Source: Myxococcota bacterium
GTDB lineage: Bacteria; Myxococcota_A; UBA796; SXON01
DNA length: 64,000 nucleotides
Direction of reading: 5' to 3'
NCBI GenBank assembly: GCA_040386535.1
Contig: JAZKFH010000002.1
Coordinates: forward strand, 96,001 to 160,000
Shown one piece after another: positions 63,975 to 64,000 of this stretch (positions are counted from its first letter, which is position 1; the number at the start of each line of letters is the position of its first letter). The notes beneath the pieces were generated by a model, which searched no databases, was not told the origin of the DNA, and saw only the letters and a program-made list of their open reading frames with translations. Made by a program: the position numbers and the translations under genes.

Positions 63975-64000
63975 GGCTACCCGGCTGAGCCGCGCGGTTC

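Noticed and set aside
1..64000. Many long overlapping or antisense ORFs (e.g. 47988-51146 +, 58555-61602 +, 38926-41136 +, 26674-28845 -)
   Set aside because: Shadow ORFs caused by high GC and stop-codon scarcity. They are Arg/Gly/Ala/Pro-rich, lack motifs, and lie opposite or out of frame with well-supported genes.
1..64000. CRISPR arrays, tRNA/rRNA, transposases, integrases, prophage genes
   Set aside because: No repeat-spacer periodicity, cloverleaf or mobile-element motifs seen by eye. Intergenic gaps are short. Not confirmed by software.

Overview
A very GC-rich, densely coding bacterial chromosome segment. Gene content and architectures (TonB_C-fused TonB-dependent receptor, ferritin-like and CotH lipoproteins, ftsH-folP-cdaA-cdaR-glmM-pdxJ) suggest a Myxococcota/deltaproteobacterial lineage; this is inference. 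I call about 54 CDSs, mostly on the minus strand and often coupled by ATGA/GTGA overlaps. Housekeeping genes include miaA, mutL, msrB, der, era, rnc, mnmA, iscS-like, tsaE, nnr, pdxJ, glmM, folP, ftsH, gshA, rlmB and murG, plus a c-di-AMP module (cdaA-cdaR) and lipid A/glycosylation genes. No tRNA, rRNA, CRISPR array or transposase was recognised. Most interesting: (1) a ferritin-like (DUF455) di-iron domain fused to an ATP-grasp ligase, heading a coupled unit with an ATL protein, a WaaA-LpxK fusion and LpxL; (2) a HEAT-repeat-PilT fusion paired with a second PilT, with no pilus genes nearby; (3) a window-wide leaderless-promoter signature, including a recurring GTTAGAC element just upstream of mutL, mnmA, dinG and murG; (4) a candidate switch-like structured RNA between ftsH and a HEAT-cyclophilin gene; (5) a JAB/RadC-DinG fusion missing one Fe-S cysteine; (6) an orphan barstar fusion; (7) a Fur-boxed bfd gene missed by the ORF track; (8) miaA apparently starting at ATC. 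All functional calls come from motif recognition by eye. No searches were run.
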